This document shows positions 1-8,415 of a stretch of 41,353 nucleotides of DNA, piece after piece. The notes under the pieces are model-generated. The model was given only the letters and a program-made list of their open reading frames with translations, was not told the origin of the DNA and searched no databases. Where the stretch lies: positions 1 to 41,353 of the forward strand of contig JBBIRR010000035.1 in assembly GCA_037441705.1 (NCBI GenBank), given 5' to 3'. Positions within the stretch are counted from its first letter, which is position 1, and every line of letters starts with the position of its first letter. The position numbers and the translations under genes were made by a program. Source of the stretch: Ignavibacteriales bacterium. GTDB taxonomy: Bacteria > Bacteroidota > Ignavibacteria > UBA10030 > UBA6906.

Positions 1-42
1 TGAATATATTTTTTCCAACTTCTCATAGCAAGGAATATTCCT

Positions 43-468
43 CTGACCAAGAAAGACAAACTGCTGCTGCAGAACGCCCGCTTTTACCAAGCCTTCGAAG
101 AATCCGACCTGGAGATGCTCGACGCGGTGTGGAGCCACGGTGAGCACGTGAAGTGCGTTCACCCCGGCAGCCAGCTTCTCGAAGGCTGGGCTGCCGTGCG
201 CGAAAGCTGGGAAAGCCTCTTCAGCTCCGATTTCCATCCGCGGATAGCGCTGCGCAATGTCGTTGCCGACATACGCGGCACAACAGGGATTGTTACACTG
301 GTAGAAGAAGTCCGGTACGCCACCGAGAACACCATCCGGTCGGGGCTGCTGATTGCCACGAACATTTTCGAGTATGACGGTCATGAATGGCGGATGATTC
401 ATCATCACGCTTCGCCGCTCCTGCTGCGAGAAGAAGGTGAGGATGAGGAGAAGTACCGATATAATTGA
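43..468 (+). CDS. SnoaL-like / nuclear transport factor 2 (NTF2) family protein
   Basis: Motifs NARFYQAF...LDAVWS...CVHPG...GW..VRESW and ATNIFE...WRMIHHHAS are typical of the family. The frame stays open upstream of the track ATG (115) back to a TGA at 1-3; start placed at CTG 43 behind AAGGA (30-34). Confidence 0.8.
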   Translation: MTKKDKLLLQNARFYQAFEESDLEMLDAVWSHGEHVKCVHPGSQLLEGWAAVRESWESLFSSDFHPRIALRNVVADIRGTTGIVTLVEEVRYATENTIRSGLLIATNIFEYDGHEWRMIHHHASPLLLREEGEDEEKYRYN

Positions 469-472
469 GCGC

Positions 473-1351
473 GTGAACGCCGGGCCGATCTCGATCGAAG
501 ACGCGTTCCGCTATTGCGAGGAGCTTGCCCGTCGGCATTACGAAAACTTTCCCGTAGCTTCGTTTTTTCTTCCCCGATCAATTCGTCCCGCGGTTGCGGC
601 CATCTATGCCTTTGCGCGCACAGCCGATGACATTGCCGACGAAGGAACGCTTTCGGAAAACGAACGCCTCGCCGCACTCGATGATTGGCAGCGCCGGCTC
701 GATCAATGTGGCGAAGGCACGACGGACCATCCGATCTTCCTCGCGCTTGGAACTGTGCTGGCAAAGCATGCCGTTCCCAAGCAGTTGCTCTCGGATCTGT
801 TGACGGCGTTTCGGATGGATGTGACGATCCGCCGTTATGCAACGTTTGATGATCTGCTCACCTACTGTCGCCACTCTGCCAATCCGGTCGGACGGATTGT
901 GCTGCATCTGTTCGGTGACCGAACGGAACGGTCCATGGACCTCTCCGACAACATCTGCACGGCATTGCAACTTACGAACTTCTGGCAGGATGTTCAGCTC
1001 GATGCAAGGAAGGGTCGTATCTATCTTCCGCTTGAAGATCTGTATCGTTTTGGCTATACTGAACACGAGCTGTTCGCGGGGATAGCGAACGACCGGTTTC
1101 GTGAGTTGATCCGTTTCGAACTGCATCGTACGCGCGAGCTGTTCAAAGCCGGCGAGGCGCTGCTGAGCACGACGGTGCCCGCGCTGCGGTTTGAATTGCG
1201 GCTGACCTGGCAAGGTGGGATGAGAATTCTGGAAAAGATCGAACGATCTGGGTGCGACGTGTTTGAGGCGAGGCCGGTGCTGCGAACGGCGGATAAGGCA
1301 GCCATTCTCTTGAAGGCGATTCTTCCAACACCACGTACAGGCGGGCGGTGA
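473..1351 (+). CDS. hpnC: Hydroxysqualene synthase HpnC (squalene/phytoene synthase family)
   Basis: HYENFPVAS signature, YAFARTADDIADEG (DDxxD), SANPVGR, LQLTNFWQDV. Start uncertain (ATG 437 or GTG 473). Confidence 0.9.
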   Translation: MNAGPISIEDAFRYCEELARRHYENFPVASFFLPRSIRPAVAAIYAFARTADDIADEGTLSENERLAALDDWQRRLDQCGEGTTDHPIFLALGTVLAKHAVPKQLLSDLLTAFRMDVTIRRYATFDDLLTYCRHSANPVGRIVLHLFGDRTERSMDLSDNICTALQLTNFWQDVQLDARKGRIYLPLEDLYRFGYTEHELFAGIANDRFRELIRFELHRTRELFKAGEALLSTTVPALRFELRLTWQGGMRILEKIERSGCDVFEARPVLRTADKAAILLKAILPTPRTGGR

Positions 1352-2232
1352 GCGTCCTTGCGGAAGACATAACCAGGCACAGCAACACAAGTTTCTATTA
1401 CTCCTTCTCGGTGCTGCCGAAGCACAAGCGCGAAGCCATTCACGCCGTGTATGCCTTCTGCCGGTACACGGATGATCTCGTGGATGAGGGGCCGGATGAG
1501 CCGAAGAAAGTTGTTCAGCTTCGGCGCTGGCGAATGGAGTTGGGACGCTCGCTGCGCGGCGAATCTACCCTTCCCTTGCTGAACCAGCTTGCCACAACGG
1601 CGCGCCGCTTTAACATTCCCGTGGATCACTTCTACGATCTTATTCGCGGCGTCGAGATGGATCTGTCCAAGAAGCGATACGCGACATTCGATGAGCTGAA
1701 GGAGTATTGCTATCTCGTCGCCTCCTCGGTCGGCTTGATGTGCAGGCAAATCTTCGGATACAAGAACGAGTCGACGCGGGATTATGCCATCAATCTCGGC
1801 ATTGCGCTGCAGTTGACGAATATCCTGCGCGACGTGAAGGACGACGCACGCCGCGGGCGCATCTACCTGCCGATGGAAGACATGCAGCGCTTCGGCGTTT
1901 CGGAGGAGGATATTTTCAACAGCCGCTACACGGAGAACTTCGTGAACCTGATGCGCTTCGAGTGTAACCGCGCGTGCGCCTACTTCGACCTCGCACGCAA
2001 TGCGTTGAAAGACGAGGACAAGCACTATTTCTTTGCTGCGCGCATCATGTGGTCCATCTATGCACACATCCTTCGCCGGATCGAGCGCTCCGGGTACAAC
2101 GTCTTCGAGCAGCGCATCTCCCTTCCTCAGCCATTGAAATTGCTCATCGCCTTCCGATACTGGCTGAGCCATCAGCTGAAGTATGCCCATGAGCCACACG
2201 GCGCCGCGCAGCACGCCCTCTCGTTTCTCTGA
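1348..2232 (+). CDS. hpnD: Presqualene diphosphate synthase HpnD
   Basis: SFYYSF, YAFCRYTDDLVD, LQLTNILRDV, GRIYLP; GTGA overlap with the hpnC stop; lies between hpnC and hpnE. Confidence 0.88.
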   Translation: MSVLAEDITRHSNTSFYYSFSVLPKHKREAIHAVYAFCRYTDDLVDEGPDEPKKVVQLRRWRMELGRSLRGESTLPLLNQLATTARRFNIPVDHFYDLIRGVEMDLSKKRYATFDELKEYCYLVASSVGLMCRQIFGYKNESTRDYAINLGIALQLTNILRDVKDDARRGRIYLPMEDMQRFGVSEEDIFNSRYTENFVNLMRFECNRACAYFDLARNALKDEDKHYFFAARIMWSIYAHILRRIERSGYNVFEQRISLPQPLKLLIAFRYWLSHQLKYAHEPHGAAQHALSFL

Positions 2233-3565
2233 TCGGCCCGTGGTCGTGATCGGGGGCGGGTTGAGCGGACTCGCTGCCGCCGTCGAACTTACCGTCCAGC
2301 ATATTCCCGTCGTTCTGTATGAACAGAAGCCGAAGCTCGGCGGGCGCGCATACTCGTTCACGGACGAAACCACCGGCGACGTCATCGACAACGGCCAGCA
2401 TGTGTTGATCGCCGGCTACGAGCATACGATGCGCTTTCTCGAACGCATCGGCACACGGCACCTCCTGCTTGTGCAAGACCAACCGATTCTGTACCTCCAT
2501 CATCCTGCACGCGGGCTGTGCGAATTCCGTCTGCCGACGCTGGTGCCGCCGTTCCATCTCATCGCGGGCATCCTTTGCACCAATCTGCTGGGGCTTCCGG
2601 ACAAGCTACGGCTGCTTCGAGCCGGACTGGCACTGCAGCGAAGCAGCGCTCCGCTGAACGACGCGACCATCGAAGACTGGCTGGAAGCGAACGGCCAGTC
2701 GGAAGAACTGAAGCGCGTGTTCTGGGAGCCGCTTGCCATCTCGATCATGAACGAACACATCGCGCATGCATCCGCAAAAGTGTTTGTCCACGCGCTGCGG
2801 CACGCGTTTCTTGCCGCATGGAAGAATGCAGCGCTTGCCATTCCGCGCGTCGGCCTGAGCGATCTCTACGTGGACGCGGCATTGCGCTTCTTGAGCTCGC
2901 ACGGCGCCGCGGTGCACAGCAACTCCAGCGTTGCCCAGCTGAGGGCAGAAGGGAACCGCCTGCACTCCGTTCGCCTGCGGGACGGGCGGGAGAGTGTTTG
3001 TTCTGCGGTGATCCTGGCCGTCCCGCACTATGAAGCGAGCGAGCTGGCGCGCGAAGTTCTGCCGGACGAGACGCTGCATCGTATCGGCGCCGTGCCCAAC
3101 ACTCCAATCGTTTCCATTCATTTGTGGTTTGAAGAAGATTTTATGAAACTTGACTTCGTCGGCTTGGTTGAGCGGCGGGTGCAGTGGGTGTTCAACAGGA
3201 GAAGGATTGCGCGTGCAGCCGGAAAAGGCGGACACGTCACCTGCGTGATCAGCGATGCCGACCCATTTGTCTCGATGAGCAACGACCAGCTTATTCGTCT
3301 TGCTGTGGAAGACCTTCGCACGCTGCATGGCCGGGTCTCCGAACCGACCCATGCCGTTGTCATCAGAGAGAAGCGGGCGACGTTCTCGTGCACGCCCGAC
3401 GCCGAGCGGCTGCGTCCATCCCATCAAACATCTCTCCCCAATCTTTTTCTTGCGGGCGATTGGACGAACACCGGCTTGCCCGCAACCATCGAAAGCGCAA
3501 TCCTCAGCGGCGAACGCTGTGCCCACCTGGCGGCCAGTTGCGTACGAGCGCAGCATGCCGGTTAA
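2183..3565 (+). CDS. hpnE: Hydroxysqualene dehydroxylase HpnE (FAD-dependent, amine oxidase family)
   Basis: VVVIGGGLSGLAAA dinucleotide fold, LGGRAYSF, IDNGQH, C-terminal LAGDWTNTGLPATIESA; follows hpnCD. Start uncertain (2183, 2189 or 2240). Confidence 0.88.
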   Translation: MPMSHTAPRSTPSRFSDRPVVVIGGGLSGLAAAVELTVQHIPVVLYEQKPKLGGRAYSFTDETTGDVIDNGQHVLIAGYEHTMRFLERIGTRHLLLVQDQPILYLHHPARGLCEFRLPTLVPPFHLIAGILCTNLLGLPDKLRLLRAGLALQRSSAPLNDATIEDWLEANGQSEELKRVFWEPLAISIMNEHIAHASAKVFVHALRHAFLAAWKNAALAIPRVGLSDLYVDAALRFLSSHGAAVHSNSSVAQLRAEGNRLHSVRLRDGRESVCSAVILAVPHYEASELAREVLPDETLHRIGAVPNTPIVSIHLWFEEDFMKLDFVGLVERRVQWVFNRRRIARAAGKGGHVTCVISDADPFVSMSNDQLIRLAVEDLRTLHGRVSEPTHAVVIREKRATFSCTPDAERLRPSHQTSLPNLFLAGDWTNTGLPATIESAILSGERCAHLAASCVRAQHAG

Positions 3566-3586
3566 AAGAGTTTCATCGTCGATTCA

Positions 3587-3615
3587 TTGCATTTCGTTCG
3601 CAAATGCCGTATCCT
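3587..3615 (+). promoter_or_regulatory. Putative sigma70-type promoter of the response regulator
   Basis: TTGCAT-N17-TATCCT, about 35 nt upstream of ATG 3650. Confidence 0.45.
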
Positions 3616-3649
3616 ACTGCCGTACTGGTCAGACATTCCACTGCCTGTG

Positions 3650-4027
3650 ATGCTCAAGGATAAGTTGGTTCTGCTCGTCGATGACGAGCCTACCGTGCTG
3701 GATGCGACGAAAGCCGGCCTGACTGCACGCGGCTTCCACGTCGAGGCGGCGGACGGAGCAGACGCGGCGCTCAAGGTGATCAAAGCGCTCAAGCCCAGCA
3801 TCGTTGTCTCCGACCTCGTCATGCCGGGAACGAACGGCTTCGAGCTGTTTCAGCAGGTGCGCAAGGTTGCCGACCTCAAGACGATCCCGTTCGTGTTTCT
3901 CACCGCGGTCGATGATTATCATGCGAGGAAGTTCGGAAAAGATATCGGCGGCGCCGCGTACATCACCAAACCGGTAGACCTGGACGAACTGGAGCAGATC
4001 ATCAAAGAGAAAATTGGTGAACCGTAA
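3650..4027 (+). CDS. Single-domain (CheY-like) response regulator receiver protein
   Basis: LLVDDE acidic pocket, SDLVMPGTNG phosphoacceptor Asp, FLTA, YITKP; no output domain. Confidence 0.9.
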   Translation: MLKDKLVLLVDDEPTVLDATKAGLTARGFHVEAADGADAALKVIKALKPSIVVSDLVMPGTNGFELFQQVRKVADLKTIPFVFLTAVDDYHARKFGKDIGGAAYITKPVDLDELEQIIKEKIGEP

Positions 4028-4057
4028 GACTACTCCATCACGATAGAAACTCAAATC

Positions 4058-4085
4058 ATCCCGTGCCGGTTGGCGGGATTTTTTT
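4058..4085 (+). terminator. Putative intrinsic terminator
   Basis: ATCCCG/CGGGAT stem running into a T7 tract, about 30 nt after the response regulator stop. Confidence 0.6.
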
Positions 4086-4089
4086 GTTT

Positions 4090-5223
4090 ATGGAGAACCG
4101 ATTAAAGAGAATTCATTTTCTGGACATCATGCGTGGCTTCGCCGTCGTTGTGATGGTGATGGGCCACAGCATCGACGCTGTGCTCTCGCGCGAAGTGCGC
4201 GCCTCCGAATGGTTTCGCCTGTATGATGCCTTCCGTGGTTTCACCGCGCCGATGTTCCTGTTCGTTTCGGGATTTGCCTATGCGGCGGCAACGCAGAAGC
4301 GCTGGGAAGACTTCCGCACATTCAGCAAGCCGCTGCTGAAACGACTGCAGCGCATCGGGCTGCTCTTCCTCGTCGGCTACGCACTGCATTTTCCCTTCTT
4401 TTCCTTTGATAAGATTCTCCATGAAGCGCAGCCCGAGCAGCTTGCCCAGATGTTTCAAGCAGACGTGCTGCATTGTGTCGCAGCAAGTTTGCTGATTCTC
4501 CATGTCCTGATTTTTCTCATCCCGTCACAGCGGGCGTTTACGCTCACGCTCGCCGGCCTGACGGGTGCGCTTGTGCTTGCGTCGCCCATCGTCTGGAATA
4601 TTGATTTCGCTCCGCTGATCTCGCCCATTCTGTCCCCGTATATGAACCAGCAGCAGCTTTCGCTCTTTCCGCTGTTTCCGTTTGCGGGGTTCTTGTTTGC
4701 AGGAGTCGTGGCTGGATTCCCCTTCCTCGAAGCGCGTCTGGGTGAGCGGGAGGGAAAATTTGTCGCTCGCCTGGCACTCACGGCCGTCATGGCCATCGTT
4801 GTTGGACTTGTGTTTGATCGCATACCGGTTCAACTGTATCCTGAGCACGATTTCTGGAAGTCAAGCCCGAACTGGTTTGCGATCCGGCTTGGCATCGTTA
4901 CACTCGTGTCCCTCGGCTTCTATTCATTGAGCAAACTGCCGGCGCTGCTGGAACGAACACTGATCACGCTTGGCCAGACGTCTTTGTTGATCTACACGAT
5001 TCACCTGATGATCGCGTACGGCTCGCCCGTGAATCAAGGGTTGATGCAGCGGATTGGACAAACGCTGACTGCTCATCACGCCGTCGGCGTTGGGCTTGCC
5101 GTTCTTGCGGCGATGGTGCTGCTCACGTATGTCTGGCAATACGTGCGACGCAATCACTTCGTGCCGGCGCGGATTCTTCAGGCGGGTCTCGCCAGCACGG
5201 TCCTCTATACGTTCTTCTTGTAA
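4090..5223 (+). CDS. DUF1624 / HGSNAT-like membrane acyltransferase (copy 1)
   Basis: RIHFLDIMRGFAVVVMVMGH and APMFLFVSG motifs, DVLHC, FPLFPF; many hydrophobic segments. Confidence 0.78.
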   Translation: MENRLKRIHFLDIMRGFAVVVMVMGHSIDAVLSREVRASEWFRLYDAFRGFTAPMFLFVSGFAYAAATQKRWEDFRTFSKPLLKRLQRIGLLFLVGYALHFPFFSFDKILHEAQPEQLAQMFQADVLHCVAASLLILHVLIFLIPSQRAFTLTLAGLTGALVLASPIVWNIDFAPLISPILSPYMNQQQLSLFPLFPFAGFLFAGVVAGFPFLEARLGEREGKFVARLALTAVMAIVVGLVFDRIPVQLYPEHDFWKSSPNWFAIRLGIVTLVSLGFYSLSKLPALLERTLITLGQTSLLIYTIHLMIAYGSPVNQGLMQRIGQTLTAHHAVGVGLAVLAAMVLLTYVWQYVRRNHFVPARILQAGLASTVLYTFFL

Positions 5224-5390
5224 GCGTGCTTGCCGACGGCACGGGAGATTTCGGGAACGTCTGCCCACAACTTTTCGGCTGTTCCATGCCATCTCCCATC
5301 AACTCCACGACCTTCATACGAGGGGACACGCGTGATCGCGGGTGAGGATCAGCATCGCCTCGCGTGAAGATACGGTCGCCGATCACCATC

Positions 5391-6575
5391 ATGAATCAAC
5401 GTACACAGCCACCGCTTCCATCGAAGGGTAAACGCATCGAGTTCATTGATTTGCTGCGCGGCGGAGCAGTGTTGGTAATGATCGAGACGCACATGATGAA
5501 CGCCACCCTCAATCCCGACCTCCGTGCTTCGGCGGTGTTCGATTGGCTTACGTTCATCAACGGTCTTGTTGCTCCGGCGTTCACATTTGCCTCGGGGCTT
5601 GCCTACGCCGTCGCCACACGACGAAAGATCAACGACTATCTCGCGCTGGGGAAGCCGCTGGTGCTGAACATTCGTCGTCTCCTCTTCATTATCATGATCG
5701 GGTATCTGCTGCATATCCCCAAATTCAATTTTCATCAACTTCTGAACGAAACAACGGAGCAGTCGTGGCAAGCCTTCTTTCAGGCGGATGTTCTCCAGTG
5801 TATTGGCGTCAGCTTGTTGATCGTGCAGGCGCTGCTGCTTCTCGTACGCACCGAACGGCGGCTGTACACGCTGCTGCTCATTCTCAGCGTAGCGATCGCG
5901 TTCGTCTCTCCCATCGTCTGGAGTATTGATTGGCGGCGCCTTCTGCCTCTGCCGATTGCCGGATACATGAACGGCATGCATTTCCGGACCTTTTCAGGAT
6001 TTCCACTGTTTCCCTGGGCAGCGTTCATTCTTGCCGGGGCGGTTGTTGGCTACCACTTTATCGAGGCGAAGCAGCGCAACGCTGAACAGCGTTTCTTCAA
6101 CGTGATGCTCTGGGCGGGATTGGGTTTGATGATCTTCTCGGCGCTCATCGAGCCGGTTGCTTCGCGTTTGTATCCGGTGTACGACTACGGGCGATTCAGC
6201 CCGAGTTTCTTTTTTCTGCGGTTGGGGATTGTCATTCTTCTTTGCACAGTTCTTTTCTTCTATGAAAGACGGTTCTCTGTCTCGCCTCAATCGCTGATCA
6301 CCCTCGCCGGGCGCGAGTCGTTGATCGTCTACGCCGTCCATCTTTTTCTCCTGTACGGCGATCTCGGTACATTCAACTTTGCAAAGACCGTGCAAGGCAC
6401 GTTCGGGTACGGCGAAGCTGTGGTAGCGACGCTCGTTCTTGCCGGACTGATGATCGTGCTTGCATTTGTGTGGGATCGCCTACGCAAAACGAATCCCCAT
6501 GCGAAGCAGTCCCTGCATTGGGCAATTGCCGCAGCGTTTGTGCTCGTGTTCTTCTTTGGCCCGGAGAATAGATGA
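5391..6575 (+). CDS. DUF1624 / HGSNAT-like membrane acyltransferase (copy 2)
   Basis: RIEFIDLLRGGAVLVMIETH, APAFTFASG, DVLQC, FPLFPW; same motif layout as copy 1. Start 5364 or 5391. Confidence 0.78.
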   Translation: MNQRTQPPLPSKGKRIEFIDLLRGGAVLVMIETHMMNATLNPDLRASAVFDWLTFINGLVAPAFTFASGLAYAVATRRKINDYLALGKPLVLNIRRLLFIIMIGYLLHIPKFNFHQLLNETTEQSWQAFFQADVLQCIGVSLLIVQALLLLVRTERRLYTLLLILSVAIAFVSPIVWSIDWRRLLPLPIAGYMNGMHFRTFSGFPLFPWAAFILAGAVVGYHFIEAKQRNAEQRFFNVMLWAGLGLMIFSALIEPVASRLYPVYDYGRFSPSFFFLRLGIVILLCTVLFFYERRFSVSPQSLITLAGRESLIVYAVHLFLLYGDLGTFNFAKTVQGTFGYGEAVVATLVLAGLMIVLAFVWDRLRKTNPHAKQSLHWAIAAAFVLVFFFGPENR

Positions 6576-8407
6576 TGCTACGAATACTCGCAACAACTCT
6601 GTTGACCCTTCTTCATGCTACTGTCTTACATTCGGATCAAATCGATATGAGAATCGGACTTGACGGCGCGTGGCTCTTCCGCGTGGACAGCGCGCGTGTG
6701 GGTATCGAGCGCACGTGGTATGATGCAGGCATGGACCGAGCTGAGTGGCAGCCTGTGCAGGTGCCGAGATTCTGGGAGGGCTATCCGGGCCTCGCGAAGT
6801 ATGACGGGTGGGGATGGTTTGCGCGCACGATTCACATCGAACGCGTTGATGAACCGATGAGTCTACATTTCGCGGGCGTGGATGACGATGCCGTCGTGTG
6901 GGTGAACGGCATCGAGGTCGGCACACACGCCGGCTACAGCGACCCCTTCGCTGTTGACGTGAGCGCTGCGCTGCGAGCGGGCGAGAACACCATCGTTGTT
7001 CTCGTAAAAGATTATGCAGGCGGAGGCGGCATCTACAAACCCGTTACGCTGATCGCCACGAGGAACCTCGACGAGCTGTTGAAGAGTCCGTACTACGGAA
7101 CACCCGCGCGCCCAAGTGCCGACTGGGTAAAGGATGCCTGCATCTACTCCGTTTATCTTCGATCCGCTTCGAAGGAAGGAACCTTCGCCGGACTCGAGAA
7201 GCGCATCCCGGAACTGAAAAACATGGGCGTGACCGTGCTGTGGCTCTTGCCGATCCATCCTGTGGGAGTGAAACATCGGAAAGGAAGACTCGGCTCGCCC
7301 TACGCAGTGAAGGATTACTACGGCATCAATCCCGAATTCGGAACGATGAGAGATTTCAAAAAGCTGCTTGCCGCAGTTCACAAGAACGGCATGAAGCTGA
7401 TCATTGATCTTGTTGCCAACCACACCTCGTGGGACAGCAAGCTCATCAAGGACCATCCCGAATGGTTTACGAGAGATGAGGAGGGAAAAATTGTCGCTCC
7501 GAACGAAGATTGGACGGACGTTGCCGACCTCGACTACTCGCATCCTGAACTGCGCCGCTACATGATCGACATGATGAAGTGGTGGGTGAAGGATGTGGGC
7601 ATTGACGGCTTCCGGTGCGACGTTGCCGAACTTGTGCCTACCGACTTCTGGAACGAGGCGCGGAAAGAACTGGACGCGATCAAGCCCATCATGATGTTGA
7701 GCGAAGGTTCCATTCCCGAACATCACGCTCAGGCATTCGACCTCACGTACTCATGGAACGTGTATGATGCGTTGGATGTACTGCTGAAAGGGGAGCGACC
7801 TGTCGCCTTGCTCGACCAGATTCTCAAAACGGAACAGATGCAGTTTCCAACCGGCTCGCTTCGCATGCGCTTTACGACCAATCACGACAAGAATGCGTGG
7901 GATGCACCGGCGGTGGTGAAGTTCGGTCTCGACGGACTGAAACTTGCCGCGGTGCTCATCAACACGCTTCCCGGCGTGCCGATGATCTACACCGGCGAAG
8001 AAGTGGCGAATGACCGTAAGCTCGACTTGTTCGATAAGGTAGATGTCGATTGGTCGCGGCCGCGCGAGCTGGGAGAAATTTTCCAGAAGCTTTTTACTCT
8101 TCGGAGGGACAATAAGGCGCTGTCGCGTGGAAAGATGGTCCGGCTTGAGTCCACATTTCCGAACGACGTGTATGCCTTTGCCCGTATTGCTGAAGATGAT
8201 GCCGTGCTCGTCGTTCTGAACTTTGGATCCGAGGCTCGCTTCGTCCGTGTCACGGTGCCGATCGAGAGCATCTTCGGGCCGCGCAAGCGCATCGTCGCCA
8301 ACAGTGTCTTCGATGGGCAGCAAGTGGAGTTGAGCACCGACCGAGGGCAGCATATTATTGCGGCAATGGAGCCGCGTGCGTACAAGGTTTTCGTCGTGCA
8401 GAAATGA
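6572..8407 (+). CDS. Secreted GH13 alpha-amylase-family enzyme with N-terminal GH2-type (galactose-binding-like) sugar-binding domain
   Basis: Signal-peptide-like N-terminus; LDGAWLF, YDGWGWFARTI, LHFAGVDDDAVVWVNG (GH2 N-terminal-like); GH13 regions DLVANH, GFRCDVA, MLSE, FTTNHD. ATGA overlap with the upstream gene. Confidence 0.85.
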   Translation: MMLRILATTLLTLLHATVLHSDQIDMRIGLDGAWLFRVDSARVGIERTWYDAGMDRAEWQPVQVPRFWEGYPGLAKYDGWGWFARTIHIERVDEPMSLHFAGVDDDAVVWVNGIEVGTHAGYSDPFAVDVSAALRAGENTIVVLVKDYAGGGGIYKPVTLIATRNLDELLKSPYYGTPARPSADWVKDACIYSVYLRSASKEGTFAGLEKRIPELKNMGVTVLWLLPIHPVGVKHRKGRLGSPYAVKDYYGINPEFGTMRDFKKLLAAVHKNGMKLIIDLVANHTSWDSKLIKDHPEWFTRDEEGKIVAPNEDWTDVADLDYSHPELRRYMIDMMKWWVKDVGIDGFRCDVAELVPTDFWNEARKELDAIKPIMMLSEGSIPEHHAQAFDLTYSWNVYDALDVLLKGERPVALLDQILKTEQMQFPTGSLRMRFTTNHDKNAWDAPAVVKFGLDGLKLAAVLINTLPGVPMIYTGEEVANDRKLDLFDKVDVDWSRPRELGEIFQKLFTLRRDNKALSRGKMVRLESTFPNDVYAFARIAEDDAVLVVLNFGSEARFVRVTVPIESIFGPRKRIVANSVFDGQQVELSTDRGQHIIAAMEPRAYKVFVVQK

Positions 8408-8415
8408 AGGGCAAA

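Noticed and set aside
473-2232. Calling the two synthases duplicated crtB phytoene synthases
   Set aside because: The HYENF signature and the downstream HpnE-type oxidoreductase fit hpnC-hpnD-hpnE better.
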